DNA of 64,000 bases from Candidatus Latescibacterota bacterium. Lineage in GTDB: Bacteria; Latescibacterota; UBA2968; UBA8231. Positions 30,606 to 41,204 of this stretch are shown piece after piece. A model generated the notes under the pieces. The model was not told the DNA's origin and did no database searches. It saw nothing but the letters and a program-made list of their open reading frames with translations. The stretch is from the NCBI GenBank assembly GCA_965215195.1, contig CBDCDC010000002.1, positions 128,001 through 192,000 on the forward strand, given 5' to 3'. Within the stretch, counting starts at the first letter, position 1. The number at the start of each line of letters is the position of its first letter. A program made the translations under genes and the position numbers.

Positions 30606-31796
30606 GTGCGCTACGTCGTATTGGTGCCCGATGGGGCGGCCGACTATCCGCTCGCCGAGCTGGGTGGGCAGACGCCGTTGGAGGCGGCCGCTACCCCCTG
30701 TATGGATCGCTTGGCCCGCGAGGGGGCCGGGGGATTGGTGCAGATGATCCCGGCGCAGCGGCATCCGGGCAGCGACATTGGCAACCTCGAAATTTTCGGG
30801 TACGACAGCCGGGTTCACTACACGGGTCGCGCGCCATTGGAAGCCGCGAGCATGGGCGTCGATCTGGGCGACGACGGGGTGGCCTTCCGCCTGAACCTGA
30901 TCTACGGAGAAGGCGACGTGCTGGTTGATTACAGCGCCGGCCACATCCCTAGCGCAGAAGCGGCCGAGGTGGTGGGGGCCTTGGCGGCCGAGCTGGGGGG
31001 GCCGTCGTTGCGCTTCTATCCCGGGGTGGGCTATCGCCACTTGCTGGTGTGGGACTGCGGCCCGGAAGAAGTGGCGACCTATCCGCCGCACGACATCATG
31101 GGCGCGTCCATGGCCGCGCATGGGCCTACGGGCGTAGGAGCCGAGAAAATTCGCGCCCTCATGGCCGCGGCCGGCCCCATTCTCGCGGCCTCGCCGGTCA
31201 ATGCCGCTCGCTCCGCGCGCGGGGAGCGGCCGGCCAACGCAATATGGCTGTGGGGAGCTGGGCGCGCGCTGCGCTTGACGCCCTTGGCGGTGCGCTACGG
31301 GTTGCAGGGCGGCGTTATCTCGGCCGTTGACTTGGTGCGCGGGATCGGCAAGAGCGCGGGCTTGGAGGTCATTGACGTGCCCGGTATTACCGGGTATCTC
31401 GACACCAACTACGAGGGCAAGGCCGCATACGCGCTGGCAACCTTGCAACGCGCCGATTTTGTCTATGTCCACGTTGAGGCCCCGGACGAAGCCGGGCACA
31501 ACGGCGACCCGCAGGCCAAGGTGCAGGCCATCGAGGACTTCGACGCCCGCGTCGTCGGCCCGATCTTGGCCGGGCTAGCGTCGATGGGGCCGCATCGGGT
31601 GCTGCTCACCCCAGACCACCGCACGCCCATTGCGCGGCGCACCCACAGCCGCGAGCCAGTGCCCTTTGCGCTGTGGGGGACGGGGATTGCGGCCGATGCG
31701 ATGCAAACCTATGGAGAGCGGGCAGCCGAGTGGGGTAGTATGCAGGTAGAGCACGGACATGTATTGATGGATTATCTCACGGGGAGATGCAGGTGA
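30606..31796 (+). CDS. apgM: Cofactor-independent phosphoglycerate mutase family protein (ApgM type)
   Basis: VPDGAAD, TPLEAA, PGSD, GRAPLEA, HVEAPDEAGH, PDHRTP. Confidence 0.88.
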   Translation: MRYVVLVPDGAADYPLAELGGQTPLEAAATPCMDRLAREGAGGLVQMIPAQRHPGSDIGNLEIFGYDSRVHYTGRAPLEAASMGVDLGDDGVAFRLNLIYGEGDVLVDYSAGHIPSAEAAEVVGALAAELGGPSLRFYPGVGYRHLLVWDCGPEEVATYPPHDIMGASMAAHGPTGVGAEKIRALMAAAGPILAASPVNAARSARGERPANAIWLWGAGRALRLTPLAVRYGLQGGVISAVDLVRGIGKSAGLEVIDVPGITGYLDTNYEGKAAYALATLQRADFVYVHVEAPDEAGHNGDPQAKVQAIEDFDARVVGPILAGLASMGPHRVLLTPDHRTPIARRTHSREPVPFALWGTGIAADAMQTYGERAAEWGSMQVEHGHVLMDYLTGRCR

Positions 31797-32815
31797 CCGA
31801 CACGTACAACGTAGCTATTATGGGCGCGACTGGTGCCGTAGGGCAGGTGCTGTTGGAAATACTCGCCGAGCGCGACTTTCCCGTCGGCGAGTTGCGGCTG
31901 TTGGCCTCGGCCCGCTCGGCTGGGCGCGCCATTTCCTTTGGCGGCGACGCGCTTCGGGTGCAGGAGCTGGGGGAGGATTCGTTTGCCGGCGTGGATATCG
32001 TCTTGGCCTCGGCCGGAGGCGGGTTGAGCAAGCGGTTTAATCCGCACGCGGTGGCCGCGGGCGCAGTGGTCGTCGATAACACATCGGCTTATCGCATGGA
32101 CCCAGACGTGCCGCTGGTGGTCCCCGAAATCAATCCCGAGGACTTGGCAGCGCACCGCGGCATCATTGCCAATCCAAATTGTTCGACGATCATCATGGAC
32201 GTGGTGGTCTGGCCGCTCTATCAGCGGCGGCGGGTCCAGCGCATTGTGGTCGCGACCTATCAGGCCGTCAGCGGCGCGGGGGCGCGGGCCATGCAGGAGC
32301 TGGAGACGCAGACGCAGCAGGTGCTGGCCGGGCAGGAGGTTGCGCCGGCCGAATTCCCACACCCGATTGCCTTTAATTTGTTCTCGCACGATTCGCCGGT
32401 CGGGCCGGAGGGGTATTGCGAAGAAGAGCTGAAAATGGTGCGCGAGACCCGCAAGATGTTCCACGACGACGCCCTGCAGATCTCGGCCACGACCATTCGC
32501 GTGCCCGTGCTGCGGGCGCATTCCGAGGCGCTCAACGTGGAGTTTGCCGAACCCTTTCCGGCTGCCGAGGCCGAAGCTGTCTTGGCGCAGGCTGCGGGTG
32601 TGCGGCTCGTGAACGATCCGGCGCAGAATTATTTCCCCATGCCGATTGAAGCCTCCGGCTGCGACGAGGTGCTGGTCGGGCGCATTCGCCAGGATATTTC
32701 GCGGCCCGACGGGACCGGGCTGGATTTGTGGGTCAGCGGCGATCAGTTGCGCAAAGGCGCGGCCCTCAATGCGGTGCAAATCGCCGAGGAGCTCATCGCG
32801 CGAAAGTTGTTATAG
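31787..32815 (+). CDS. asd: Aspartate-semialdehyde dehydrogenase
   Basis: GATGAVG, NPNCST, YQAVSGAG, DQLRKGAALNAVQIAE. Confidence 0.96.
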   Translation: MQVTDTYNVAIMGATGAVGQVLLEILAERDFPVGELRLLASARSAGRAISFGGDALRVQELGEDSFAGVDIVLASAGGGLSKRFNPHAVAAGAVVVDNTSAYRMDPDVPLVVPEINPEDLAAHRGIIANPNCSTIIMDVVVWPLYQRRRVQRIVVATYQAVSGAGARAMQELETQTQQVLAGQEVAPAEFPHPIAFNLFSHDSPVGPEGYCEEELKMVRETRKMFHDDALQISATTIRVPVLRAHSEALNVEFAEPFPAAEAEAVLAQAAGVRLVNDPAQNYFPMPIEASGCDEVLVGRIRQDISRPDGTGLDLWVSGDQLRKGAALNAVQIAEELIARKLL

Positions 32816-32865
32816 GACGTGAAGAGATTGGCAATTAAGAATTTTAGCACATCGGCGGTGAAAGG

Positions 32866-33187
32866 ATGAAAGAAATTGCTGCTAAAGAAGCCAAGAATCG
32901 GTTCGGCCGTGCCCAAAGCGCACCCGTCTGCGTAACAAAGAAAGGCCGGGCGGTTGGTGTGGTGATGTCGATAGAGCAGTACGAGCGACTGCGCGGTGCT
33001 GCATGGGCACGCTTGATGGAGACTATGGACAGCTTGGGGGCCGAGGCTGCGGCGCGTGGTTTGACGGACGCTGGGCTGGAAGTGCTCCTCGCCGATGAAT
33101 CTGCAGGTGATGTCGCCGTTTCAAAACATTCCGATTTTGAGTCCGACAGATTTTCTGGGCCAGAAATGTATTGAGAGAACGCCATGA
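32866..33187 (+). pseudogene. Phd/YefM antitoxin plus internally deleted PIN toxin (33095-33187)
   Basis: MKEIAAKEAKNRFG..PVCVTKKGRAVGVVMS. The overlapping toxin ATG 33095 is fused in frame to a PIN C-terminus (LQVMSPFQNIPILSPTDFL); the antitoxin stop is lost. Confidence 0.78.
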
Positions 33188-33228
33188 CCAACGCCAGTGC
33201 CATCTGGCTATAACGAGGGAGAGACGCC

Positions 33229-34038
33229 ATGGATGTCTTGAGTAGAGAAGAACTTGATTTCTTTGCCGCACAGGGGTACGTCGTCGCTCGCCAGGTAATT
33301 GACCGCGACCAAGCCGAGCGCACCGGGCGGGCGGTGTGGGCGTTTGCCGGCATGGACCCGGACGATCGCGGGACTTGGTATCCAAAGAATCGGCGCGGCA
33401 TCATGGTCGAGATTTACCACCACCAGACTATGTGGGACAACCGCACGAGCCCTCGGGTCCACCGGGCTTTCAGCCAGATTTGGGGCACGGACAAGCTGTG
33501 GGTCAGCCACGATCGGGCCAGCATCAATCCGCCGGTCTTAGACAAAGATGCGCCCGAGCACAATCTGCACTGGGACGCAGCCTTAGATAAGCGTCCTTTG
33601 CCTTTTGGCGTGCAGGGCGTGCTCTATCTGAGCGACACGCCGGCCGCGCAGGGGGCCTTTATTTGCGTGCCGGGGTTCCACCAGCGCTTAGAGGCGTGGC
33701 TCGACGAGCTGCCGGAGGGGGCCAACCCCCGCAAGCAAGATCTGCTGGTCTTGGGATCGCGGCGCATCGGGGCCGAGGCCGGCGACTTGGTCATCTGGCG
33801 CACGGCCCTGCCGCACACGGCAAGCGTCAATCGCGGCGACGCGCCTCGCGTGGCGCAGTACATCACCATGAAGCCAGCCGGCGAGGGCGAAGAGGCGCGG
33901 CGGTTGCGCACGGACTTTTGGCAGCGGCGGCTGTCCGGGCTAGGGCGCTATGCCGAGGAGCGCGAGCACCGCGAAGAGAAGACGGCTGAGTTGACGAGTT
34001 TGGGGCGGAAGTTGGCCGGGGTGGATCCTTGGCGATGA
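33229..34038 (+). CDS. PhyH-family Fe(II)/2OG dioxygenase
   Basis: [37 protein letters not shown]. Confidence 0.88.
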   Translation: MDVLSREELDFFAAQGYVVARQVIDRDQAERTGRAVWAFAGMDPDDRGTWYPKNRRGIMVEIYHHQTMWDNRTSPRVHRAFSQIWGTDKLWVSHDRASINPPVLDKDAPEHNLHWDAALDKRPLPFGVQGVLYLSDTPAAQGAFICVPGFHQRLEAWLDELPEGANPRKQDLLVLGSRRIGAEAGDLVIWRTALPHTASVNRGDAPRVAQYITMKPAGEGEEARRLRTDFWQRRLSGLGRYAEEREHREEKTAELTSLGRKLAGVDPWR

Positions 34039-34100
34039 GGACGGCGAGCGGCAAAAAAAGAAAGACTGGAAGCGCACTCGGCATTTCCGGGTCTGGCGAA

Positions 34101-35285
34101 ATGCAGACGAAGCAATCGGTTTACGACAGGCGAAAGTACCGCGTGAAAAACGTCGAGGGTGCCAAGCAGATTTCTGCAAATTACCTAAAGGATATAGACC
34201 TCGACAACGCAATTGAATTTGGGCTGCCCGAGGTGGATGACCGCTATCACATCTGGCGAGTGCCATTAAAAGGTAGAGATGGACACAAGGTGGGCGAAGT
34301 TGCGATTGATGCACATACGAGTTTGATACAACAAAAAAAGACGACGCAAAAGCAGGTCTTAGAAGCGCGGTTACTAGGGCGCACAAACAAAAAACAAAAA
34401 AAAGAGACGAGCCTACCTAAGATCTCAAATTTGCGTAACACGATTGGTTTGGGAGATAGCGAAGTACTGCTTGCGCAGACGCCCTCTGAGTCCATCGATC
34501 TCGTCTTCACCTCTCCTCCCTACTACAATGCGCGACCTGAATACTCTGATTACATTCAATACGATGAATACTTGCTCAAGATGAGAAAGGTAATACACCA
34601 ATGTAACAGAGTGCTAAATGAAGGAAGATTTTTTGTTATAAATATATCGCCCGTGTTAATTCGCCGAGCAAGTCGAAGTGAATCATCTAAGAGAATAGCT
34701 GTCCCCTTTGATTTTCACCGCATTTTTATCGAAGAGGGATTCGAGTTTATTGATGACATAATATGGGTGAAACCGGAAGGTGCCGGTTGGGCAACCGGGC
34801 GTGGCCGGCGGTTTGCCGCTGATAGAAATCCACTGCAATACAAGGCCGTCCCCGTAACGGAGTACATTTTAGTCTATCGCAAGAAAACGGATAAATTGAT
34901 CGATTGGCACATCCGCAAGCATCCACAGCAAAACTTAGTTGCGGCGTCGCGGATTGAGGACGGATATGAAGTAACCAACCTTTGGAACATACATCCTGCC
35001 CACAGCAAAAAGCATCCGGCGATATTCCCCGTAGAGCTAGCCGAAAAAGTGATCCAGTACTATTCGTTCAAAAACGACGTCGTCCTCGATCCCTTTGCCG
35101 GCATTGGCACCGTGGGACAAGCGGCCATCAAGCTAGATAGGCGATTCGTGTTATTTGAGATAAACGAGGACTACATCGACGAAATGAGGAAAAATATCGA
35201 GAACTGGTTACAGCAGGAAGTCGAAGACGTGAATTGGATAAACTGCGAACCGGTCACTCCTGTTAAGAACTATATTAAATTTTAG
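34101..35285 (+). CDS. Beta-class amino-methyltransferase (probably m4C; M.CfrBI-like)
   Basis: TSPPY precedes HPAIFP and [10 protein letters not shown]; AT-rich relative to the backbone; start uncertain (34029-34101). Confidence 0.88.
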   Translation: MQTKQSVYDRRKYRVKNVEGAKQISANYLKDIDLDNAIEFGLPEVDDRYHIWRVPLKGRDGHKVGEVAIDAHTSLIQQKKTTQKQVLEARLLGRTNKKQKKETSLPKISNLRNTIGLGDSEVLLAQTPSESIDLVFTSPPYYNARPEYSDYIQYDEYLLKMRKVIHQCNRVLNEGRFFVINISPVLIRRASRSESSKRIAVPFDFHRIFIEEGFEFIDDIIWVKPEGAGWATGRGRRFAADRNPLQYKAVPVTEYILVYRKKTDKLIDWHIRKHPQQNLVAASRIEDGYEVTNLWNIHPAHSKKHPAIFPVELAEKVIQYYSFKNDVVLDPFAGIGTVGQAAIKLDRRFVLFEINEDYIDEMRKNIENWLQQEVEDVNWINCEPVTPVKNYIKF

Positions 35286-35287
35286 GA

Positions 35288-36376
35288 TTGGATAGACAAA
35301 TGCTTTATGAAAAGATGTCGAACAATGTCCCCCGTAGCGGTGAGACTCTCGCAAAGTATAGAGGCGTTGAAGTCATTGATAGAATTGGTGAGGATATAGT
35401 TAAGGAAGTTGTGACTTCCGTACTGTGCGGCGAAAATATCCGTTCTTTAACCGAGGGATTGACCCGCAGAAGATTAGCACTTTCAAATGCGGCGTTATTT
35501 ATGACGTTTCTTAAATCCAATCACGATATTGAAAATTTTATCGATAAGCTACCAGAGATTGTAAAAATAGAACTAAATTCAAACATTTCGAGTGAGAAGA
35601 AGCTATTTCTGCAATGGTGTATTGGGTTGACGGGAAAAAGCATACAGAATGTACTAAGAAATAAAGATGACGAACTCGATAATTATCTCAATGCTCTTGA
35701 GGAATCCCTCAAAAAGTCTGCGGCTAAATGTAAAATCGACTATGGAGAGCTCGAAGGCATTTTAGAAGTTCAGGGCGTAAAGTGCAAGGTAAATTGGCCC
35801 TTCATTCTCTATCTCTTTGCTGCTATTGGTACTCAAACATTAGCAATCAGAGGCTCTGAAAAATCAATGTATGGCAAATTGTTCGAGAAACTTATATTGG
35901 GTTCTCTGCTTTCTCTGTTAGGATTCCAAAAGGTCGATCCTCGAACTGATAAAACTGATAGGGTTTTTTGGCTCTCCGAACGCGGAGAAAAACGAGAAAG
36001 CGATGCTACTCTATTATATAGACTAGGTGTTGGGGTAAGGTTTGATATTGGCTTTATCGGGCCGGGAAATACAGAGATTTCTTTAGATAAAGTATCCAGA
36101 TTTGAAAAGGAGATGGAGTTAGGGAGACAATTGCACTATATGTCAACAATTATTCTAGTGGATAGGATTGGTGAAGGGAGTCGTATTGTCGAGATGGCCC
36201 AAGCAATAAATGGAGATATTGTCCAAATGAGTATGACGCACTGGACGAAAGAAGTAGCAAATATATTGGCGGCGAAAATAGATTTTAAGCATCCTATAGT
36301 GGAATTATCAAATAGTGAGAGTTTAGAATACATTAGAGAAGGGATGCAGCAGATCAACCTAAGAGAGTTTATATAA
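35288..36376 (+). CDS. CfrBI-family type II restriction endonuclease
   Basis: TLAIRGSEKS.YGKLFEKL, RESDATL, RFDIGFIG.GN.EISLDKVSRF; directly follows the MTase; AT-rich. Confidence 0.8.
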   Translation: MDRQMLYEKMSNNVPRSGETLAKYRGVEVIDRIGEDIVKEVVTSVLCGENIRSLTEGLTRRRLALSNAALFMTFLKSNHDIENFIDKLPEIVKIELNSNISSEKKLFLQWCIGLTGKSIQNVLRNKDDELDNYLNALEESLKKSAAKCKIDYGELEGILEVQGVKCKVNWPFILYLFAAIGTQTLAIRGSEKSMYGKLFEKLILGSLLSLLGFQKVDPRTDKTDRVFWLSERGEKRESDATLLYRLGVGVRFDIGFIGPGNTEISLDKVSRFEKEMELGRQLHYMSTIILVDRIGEGSRIVEMAQAINGDIVQMSMTHWTKEVANILAAKIDFKHPIVELSNSESLEYIREGMQQINLREFI

Positions 36377-36421
36377 TTTCAATGAGAATTTTCTTATCCC
36401 AACGTTAGCTCTTGCCAGTCC

Positions 36422-37552
36422 CTACACGCATATATGCTCGATGAAGCGGGCGTAGAGATCGACGCTGGCGCGCAATTGGTCGGTTTTGATCCATTCGTTG
36501 GCGGTGTGGGCTTGGGCAATGTCGCCCGGACCGAGGACGATCATTTGTTTCATCTTCTCGACAAAAGCCATGCCGTCGGTGCCGTAGGCCACTGTGGTGG
36601 GTGTGGGGTGGCCCGTTAGCTCGAGCGCCGTGCGAACCAGCGGGGCATCCACTGCCGTGTAGAGCGGCTCGCCGCGATGCTTGAGCGCGAAGTCGAGGCC
36701 GTGTTTTTGTGCGCTTTTGCGGGTTGTGTCGATCAAATCATCGACGTCGATGCCGGGCATGGGGCGGTAGTTGAGGGTGCAGATGCTCTGGGCGGGGGAA
36801 ATGTTAGTGGCGCGGTTGTGGTCGTTGATGCCGATGCACCACTCGGAGTGCGGCGGCGCGAACTCCTCGTTGCGGTAGCGGTGTGCGCTGAGCACCCGCT
36901 CGTTGAATTGCTTCATCTCCGCGAGAAAGGGAATCATCTTGAGGTTGGCGTTGATGCCCTTCAAGGTGCTGGTGTGCGCGGGGCGTCCCTTGGCGGTGAC
37001 TTGGATGGCGAGCGAGCCTTTGTGGGCGTGGACGACGCGGAGGCTGGTGGGTTCGCAGATGATGCCGCAGCCAGTGCTGGCCTCGGCAAAGAGCTTGGAG
37101 TGGGCCGTGACCTTTTGTGCGCCGACGGCGTGGACCTCCTCGTCGGCCGTGACGACGATGTAGAGCGGGGCGGTGAGATCGGCGGCCTTGAAGCGGGCGG
37201 CCGCGCAAATCGAAGCGGCAAGGGGGCCTTTCATGTCGCAGGCACCGCGGCCGTAGAGCTTGCCGTTGGCGTCGTAGGGGTCGTAGGGACCGCGGTGCCA
37301 GCCGTCGGCCGGATTGGCCGGGACGACGTCGTCGTGGCTCATCAAGGCCAGTCCGCCCTCGCCGGTGCCCAGCTTGCCGACGATAGAGAGCTTGGCCACG
37401 CCCGCCTCATCTGTGTAGGGCACTTCTTCTAGGTGGAAACCAAGCTGATCTAAGACCCCGGCTACGTATTGGGTGACTTCGACGTTGCTGGTTTGGCTTT
37501 CCGAGGGATAGGCGACTAATGCCTTGGTCAGGTTGACGACGTCGAATTTCAT
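36422..37552 (-). CDS. argE: M20 metallohydrolase, acetylornithine deacetylase-like
   Basis: SHDDVVP, GRGACDMKG, DEE, ICEPT, GPGDIAQAH..NE. Confidence 0.8.
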   Translation of the reverse strand: MKFDVVNLTKALVAYPSESQTSNVEVTQYVAGVLDQLGFHLEEVPYTDEAGVAKLSIVGKLGTGEGGLALMSHDDVVPANPADGWHRGPYDPYDANGKLYGRGACDMKGPLAASICAAARFKAADLTAPLYIVVTADEEVHAVGAQKVTAHSKLFAEASTGCGIICEPTSLRVVHAHKGSLAIQVTAKGRPAHTSTLKGINANLKMIPFLAEMKQFNERVLSAHRYRNEEFAPPHSEWCIGINDHNRATNISPAQSICTLNYRPMPGIDVDDLIDTTRKSAQKHGLDFALKHRGEPLYTAVDAPLVRTALELTGHPTPTTVAYGTDGMAFVEKMKQMIVLGPGDIAQAHTANEWIKTDQLRASVDLYARFIEHICV

Positions 37553-37666
37553 CGCAGATGCGCTTTCGCCGAGGAGGTGATTGGCACAAGGTACAAATTT
37601 AGTAGAGGGCTATCAAGGGCGTTGACAGACCAGCCAAAAGGCGGTATGAATAGGCGAGCGAAAAGC

Positions 37667-37705
37667 AAAAAAGCGGCCCGCCTCCAAAGAGCGGAAGCGG
37701 GCCGG
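37667..37705 (-). terminator. Rho-independent terminator of the DUF5069-like gene
   Basis: Minus strand CGGCCCGCTTCC-loop-GGAGGCGGGCCG followed by a T tract. Confidence 0.8.
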
Positions 37706-37727
37706 CAGACGAGAGGGACAGAGCCCT

Positions 37728-38162
37728 TTAGCTCAAGGCGTTGTGCAGTTCAGTCCAATCGTCGAGGTTGTTGAGATTGACCGCGTCGAGGATGCTGCCG
37801 TCGTCGCTGAGGCCAGCGGCGTCGAGGATGCTGGCGCGGGTCTCGTCGTCGTGGTTGTACCCGCGGATGGCGGCGTTGGAAGCGTCGATCTCGCTCTGGG
37901 GAATGGAGCCGCCGCGCTGGGCCTTGACCCAGTTTTCAAAGTCGATATAGCTGGCCTTATTGTCCTTGACGTAGGCCACGGCTGCGTCGCGGTCAATGCC
38001 GAGGCCGTCGAGAACCATCTGGTCGAAGCCGGCGCCGCATTCCGGGTAGTCCGCAGCCAACTCGCCGGCCGCGCTCAGGCGCAGCTTGGACCACAGACGG
38101 GGCAAGTGAATCGCGCCGAGCGGCCCGGCTATATCCGAACTGATATTAGGTATGATGGCCAT
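37728..38162 (-). CDS. DUF5069-like protein
   Basis: GPLG..HLPRLW.K, GFDQM.LDGLG, LDDW; AGGAGG RBS. Confidence 0.7.
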   Translation of the reverse strand: MAIIPNISSDIAGPLGAIHLPRLWSKLRLSAAGELAADYPECGAGFDQMVLDGLGIDRDAAVAYVKDNKASYIDFENWVKAQRGGSIPQSEIDASNAAIRGYNHDDETRASILDAAGLSDDGSILDAVNLNNLDDWTELHNALS

Positions 38163-38202
38163 GAGGTTCCTCCTATGGGAATGGGTTGAATAAGCGGCCT
38201 AA

Positions 38203-38231
38203 ACAGTACGGCCGCTCAGGCCGGTTGTCAA
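38203..38231 (-). promoter_or_regulatory. Sigma70-like promoter for the DUF5069-like gene
   Basis: TTGACA-17 nt-TACTGT; inverted repeat AGCGGCC/GGCCGCT straddles the -10 box. Confidence 0.55.
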
Positions 38232-38241
38232 ACGGAGAGCA

Positions 38242-39345
38242 ATGGACAAAATACGCTTTGGCGTCATTGGGGCCGCCGGCCGCGGAAGCGGCTTTGTTCC
38301 CACCCTGCTGGCCCATCCGGCCACGGAGATTGCCGTGCTGTGCGACATCCGCCGGGAAGCGGTCGAGCACCACGCGGCTGAATTGGGCGTCGAACAGGTA
38401 TTCGCGGACGCCGATGAAATGCTCGACGCCGGGGGCGTGGACGCGGTCGTCGTGGGTACGCCCATGCCGTGGCACGCGCCCCAGGCCATTGCGGCTTTGG
38501 AGCGCGACATCCACGTGCTCAGCGAGGTGACGGCCGGAGTGTCGGTCGAGGAGTGCCGCGATTTGACGCGGGCGGCGCGGCGCAGCCGAGCCGTCTATAT
38601 GATGGCCGAGAACTACGTGTACACCAAGTCCAACACACTGGTAAAAGCGCTGGCCGAGCGCGGCCTTTTCGGCGAGTTGTACTATGCTGAAGGGGCCTAT
38701 ATCCACGAACTGAAACAGCTCAACGAGATCACGCCTTGGCGGCGGCGCTGGCAGACGGGGGTCAATGGTTGCACCTATGCCACGCACAGCTTGGGGCCGG
38801 TGCTGACGTGGTTTGCCGGGCAGCGGGTGGTGGCCGTCTGCGCGGTGGGCACCGGGCACCACTACCGAGATCCGCGCGGCGCTTTGTACGAAATGGAGGA
38901 TTCGGTGACCATGGTGTGCCGGCTCTCGGGCGGCGGGTTGGCGCATATCCGGGTCGATATGCTCTCGGACCGGCCGCACCACATGGTGCATTATGCGTTG
39001 CAGGGGACCGATGGCGCGTACGAGTCGGCTGACGGCTTTGCGGCCGCGGCCAAAATCTGGCTGCGCAGCCGCAGCGATAAGCCGCGCTGGGAGCCTTTGC
39101 AGGCCCTAGAGGAATTTTTGCCCGATTATTGGCAGCACCCGCCGGCAGAAGCTCTTGCTGCTGGACACGGCGGCGGCGACTATTGGGAGGTACAGGACTT
39201 TGTCGCAGCCATTCGCGGGGAAAAGGCACCGGCCATTGGCATTGACTTGGCAATGGACATGACCTTGCCCGGCCTCGTCAGCCAACAGTCGCTCGCCCAA
39301 GGGTCGGCTTGGGTGGCCGTGCCCGATTCGCGCAACTGGACCTGA
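38242..39345 (+). CDS. Gfo/Idh/MocA oxidoreductase
   Basis: FGVIGAAGRG, VLSEV, MAENY, YATHSLGP, GHGGGD. Confidence 0.9.
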   Translation: MDKIRFGVIGAAGRGSGFVPTLLAHPATEIAVLCDIRREAVEHHAAELGVEQVFADADEMLDAGGVDAVVVGTPMPWHAPQAIAALERDIHVLSEVTAGVSVEECRDLTRAARRSRAVYMMAENYVYTKSNTLVKALAERGLFGELYYAEGAYIHELKQLNEITPWRRRWQTGVNGCTYATHSLGPVLTWFAGQRVVAVCAVGTGHHYRDPRGALYEMEDSVTMVCRLSGGGLAHIRVDMLSDRPHHMVHYALQGTDGAYESADGFAAAAKIWLRSRSDKPRWEPLQALEEFLPDYWQHPPAEALAAGHGGGDYWEVQDFVAAIRGEKAPAIGIDLAMDMTLPGLVSQQSLAQGSAWVAVPDSRNWT

Positions 39346-39357
39346 AGGAGCCAGATT

Positions 39358-40941
39358 ATGCCTAAGCCCAAAATTATGTTCTACCACGACGGCCGGCACC
39401 CCCTGATCTACATGTACGAGCCGCCGATGCAGAAGGAGGAATACGAGCAGGGGGTAGATGAGCTGTTGGGCACACCAGTCGAGGCCATCATGTTCTGTCT
39501 CGGCGATGGCCGCACCGTGCTGCACGACACCGAGGTGGGGGAGCTGTGGGGCCACAATGTGAAGCGGTGGCCGCATTTGATTTTTCGCCGCGCCCACCAA
39601 AATGCCCGCGACCTAATCCGCAAGGGGCACGATCCCCTGCGCCTGATTTGCGACCGCGCCCACCAGTACGGCAAGCTGGTCTATCCGACGCTGTTGGTGC
39701 AGCAGGGCCGGGGGCCGCGGGAAGAGGACGTGCGCTGCTCGGATTTCCGCTTTGACAACGCCCATCTCGAAATCGGGGCGCAAGACGGTGTGCCAGCCGA
39801 TTTTCCCGGCCGCACCTGCCTCGACTTCAAGCACCAAGAAGTCCGCGACGAGCGCTTTGCCCTGATTGCCGAGACGCTAGAAAAATATCCGGTCGATGGC
39901 TTTGAGCTGCAGATGAACTACCAGCCGTTCTACTTCCATCCAGACGAGGTCGCGGCCGGCCGCAACATTATGACCGAGTGGGTGCGCAAGGTGCATGGTG
40001 CCGTCAAGCAAAGCGGCAAGCAACGCGAATTGGCCATCCGCATCCCCCACAGCATTGAGGGGTGCTATGCCGTCGGCATGGACATTGCAGCGTGGTTGCG
40101 CGAAGGGCTGGTCGATGTGCTGATCGGCCAGGCGTTTTCCGGCCCGGAACTGCTGGATTCGACCATTGATTTCCGGCCCTTGGTTGTGGCGGCCCAAGGC
40201 ACGGGCTGTCGGGTCCACGCGGCCTTGCAAAGCCATGTGGACTCCGATCGCTTGGGGGAGGCGACCATTGAGATGGTGCGCGGGGCCGCCTGCAACTTTT
40301 GGGCGCAAGGCGTCGATGGCCTGTACTTGGCGCACTGGTTTGGCAATTGGCCGTACCAGGCCTCCTTCTACGAGAAGCTGCGGGAATTGCCCTATCGAGA
40401 GGTCATGGCCGCCCGCGACAAAATTTACTACGTACCGACCGCGACCGGGCGCTATCCCAATCCCACCACCGAGCCGGGGACGACCATGCAGCTACCGGCC
40501 TATTTGCAAAAGGGACACAAGGCTTCCATCGCGCTGGCGGTCAGCGACGATTTGCGGGGCTGGGCCAAGGTTGGCCGGGTCCACGAGGTGCTGCTGCGGG
40601 TGCGGGTGATGGGCCACACCGAGCGCGATCGGCTGAAATTTTACCTCAACGGCCGGGAGTTGCCCGCCAGTCTGTTGCGCAAGATCAACGAATTGTACCG
40701 GATGTCGGCCCCGCGCTATCGCACGGGATCGGGGTATTGGTACGCGTTTAGGCTGGACGCCAAACACTGGCCGAAAAAGGGGAACAACGCGCTCGCTGTC
40801 GAATTGGTGCGGCGAGACGCGCAGGCCCTGCCGGAGATTTTTGTGCGCGACGTGGAACTGGATATCAAATACCTGATGGGGCGCAATTTTCACCGCGGCC
40901 AAGACGTAGATCTGGGGCCGAGCGAATCGTCGGGGATCTAG
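39358..40941 (+). CDS. Glycoside-hydrolase-like TIM-barrel protein (GHL10/DUF187-like)
   Basis: G.DPL..ICDRAH..G, LDFKHQEVR, YPVDGFEL, WLREGLVD, GVDGLYL. Confidence 0.6.
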   Translation: MPKPKIMFYHDGRHPLIYMYEPPMQKEEYEQGVDELLGTPVEAIMFCLGDGRTVLHDTEVGELWGHNVKRWPHLIFRRAHQNARDLIRKGHDPLRLICDRAHQYGKLVYPTLLVQQGRGPREEDVRCSDFRFDNAHLEIGAQDGVPADFPGRTCLDFKHQEVRDERFALIAETLEKYPVDGFELQMNYQPFYFHPDEVAAGRNIMTEWVRKVHGAVKQSGKQRELAIRIPHSIEGCYAVGMDIAAWLREGLVDVLIGQAFSGPELLDSTIDFRPLVVAAQGTGCRVHAALQSHVDSDRLGEATIEMVRGAACNFWAQGVDGLYLAHWFGNWPYQASFYEKLRELPYREVMAARDKIYYVPTATGRYPNPTTEPGTTMQLPAYLQKGHKASIALAVSDDLRGWAKVGRVHEVLLRVRVMGHTERDRLKFYLNGRELPASLLRKINELYRMSAPRYRTGSGYWYAFRLDAKHWPKKGNNALAVELVRRDAQALPEIFVRDVELDIKYLMGRNFHRGQDVDLGPSESSGI

Positions 40942-40981
40942 CGCACAAGAGGGTGAGTGCCATTGTTGGAAATTATGAATT

Positions 40982-41170
40982 GCAGGACGTTATTCGTTTA
41001 CACCCGCGATGGACATGCGATCGTCGTTTCAGCGCGGGATATGAATAACAAAGAAAGGGAAAAGTATGGCCAGTAAAACGCCCGTTTCAATGGCCCGAAC
41101 CTATCGCGATATTGGAGCTTGCTGGGACGAACGCGCTGATACAAAAAAAATCCTGCAAACCGAGGCCTAA
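40982..41170 (+). pseudogene. BrnT-BrnA toxin-antitoxin remnant
   Basis: Not in the ORF track. [31 protein letters not shown] (BrnT-like C-terminus) overlaps [22 protein letters not shown] (BrnA/CopG-like N-terminus, ATG 41066). Confidence 0.7.
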
Positions 41171-41204
41171 TCGCTCCAATTGTCCTCAAATCGAAAGGAA
41201 TCTC

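Noticed and set aside
33184-33213. Possible degenerate copy of the asd 3' end after the Phd/PIN remnant
   Set aside because: Similarity is too weak to distinguish from chance.
36395-36412. CCCAAC-GTTAGCT after the restriction gene as a collapsed integron attC
   Set aside because: No internal L boxes or stem, an imperfect R'' box, and no integrase or second site.
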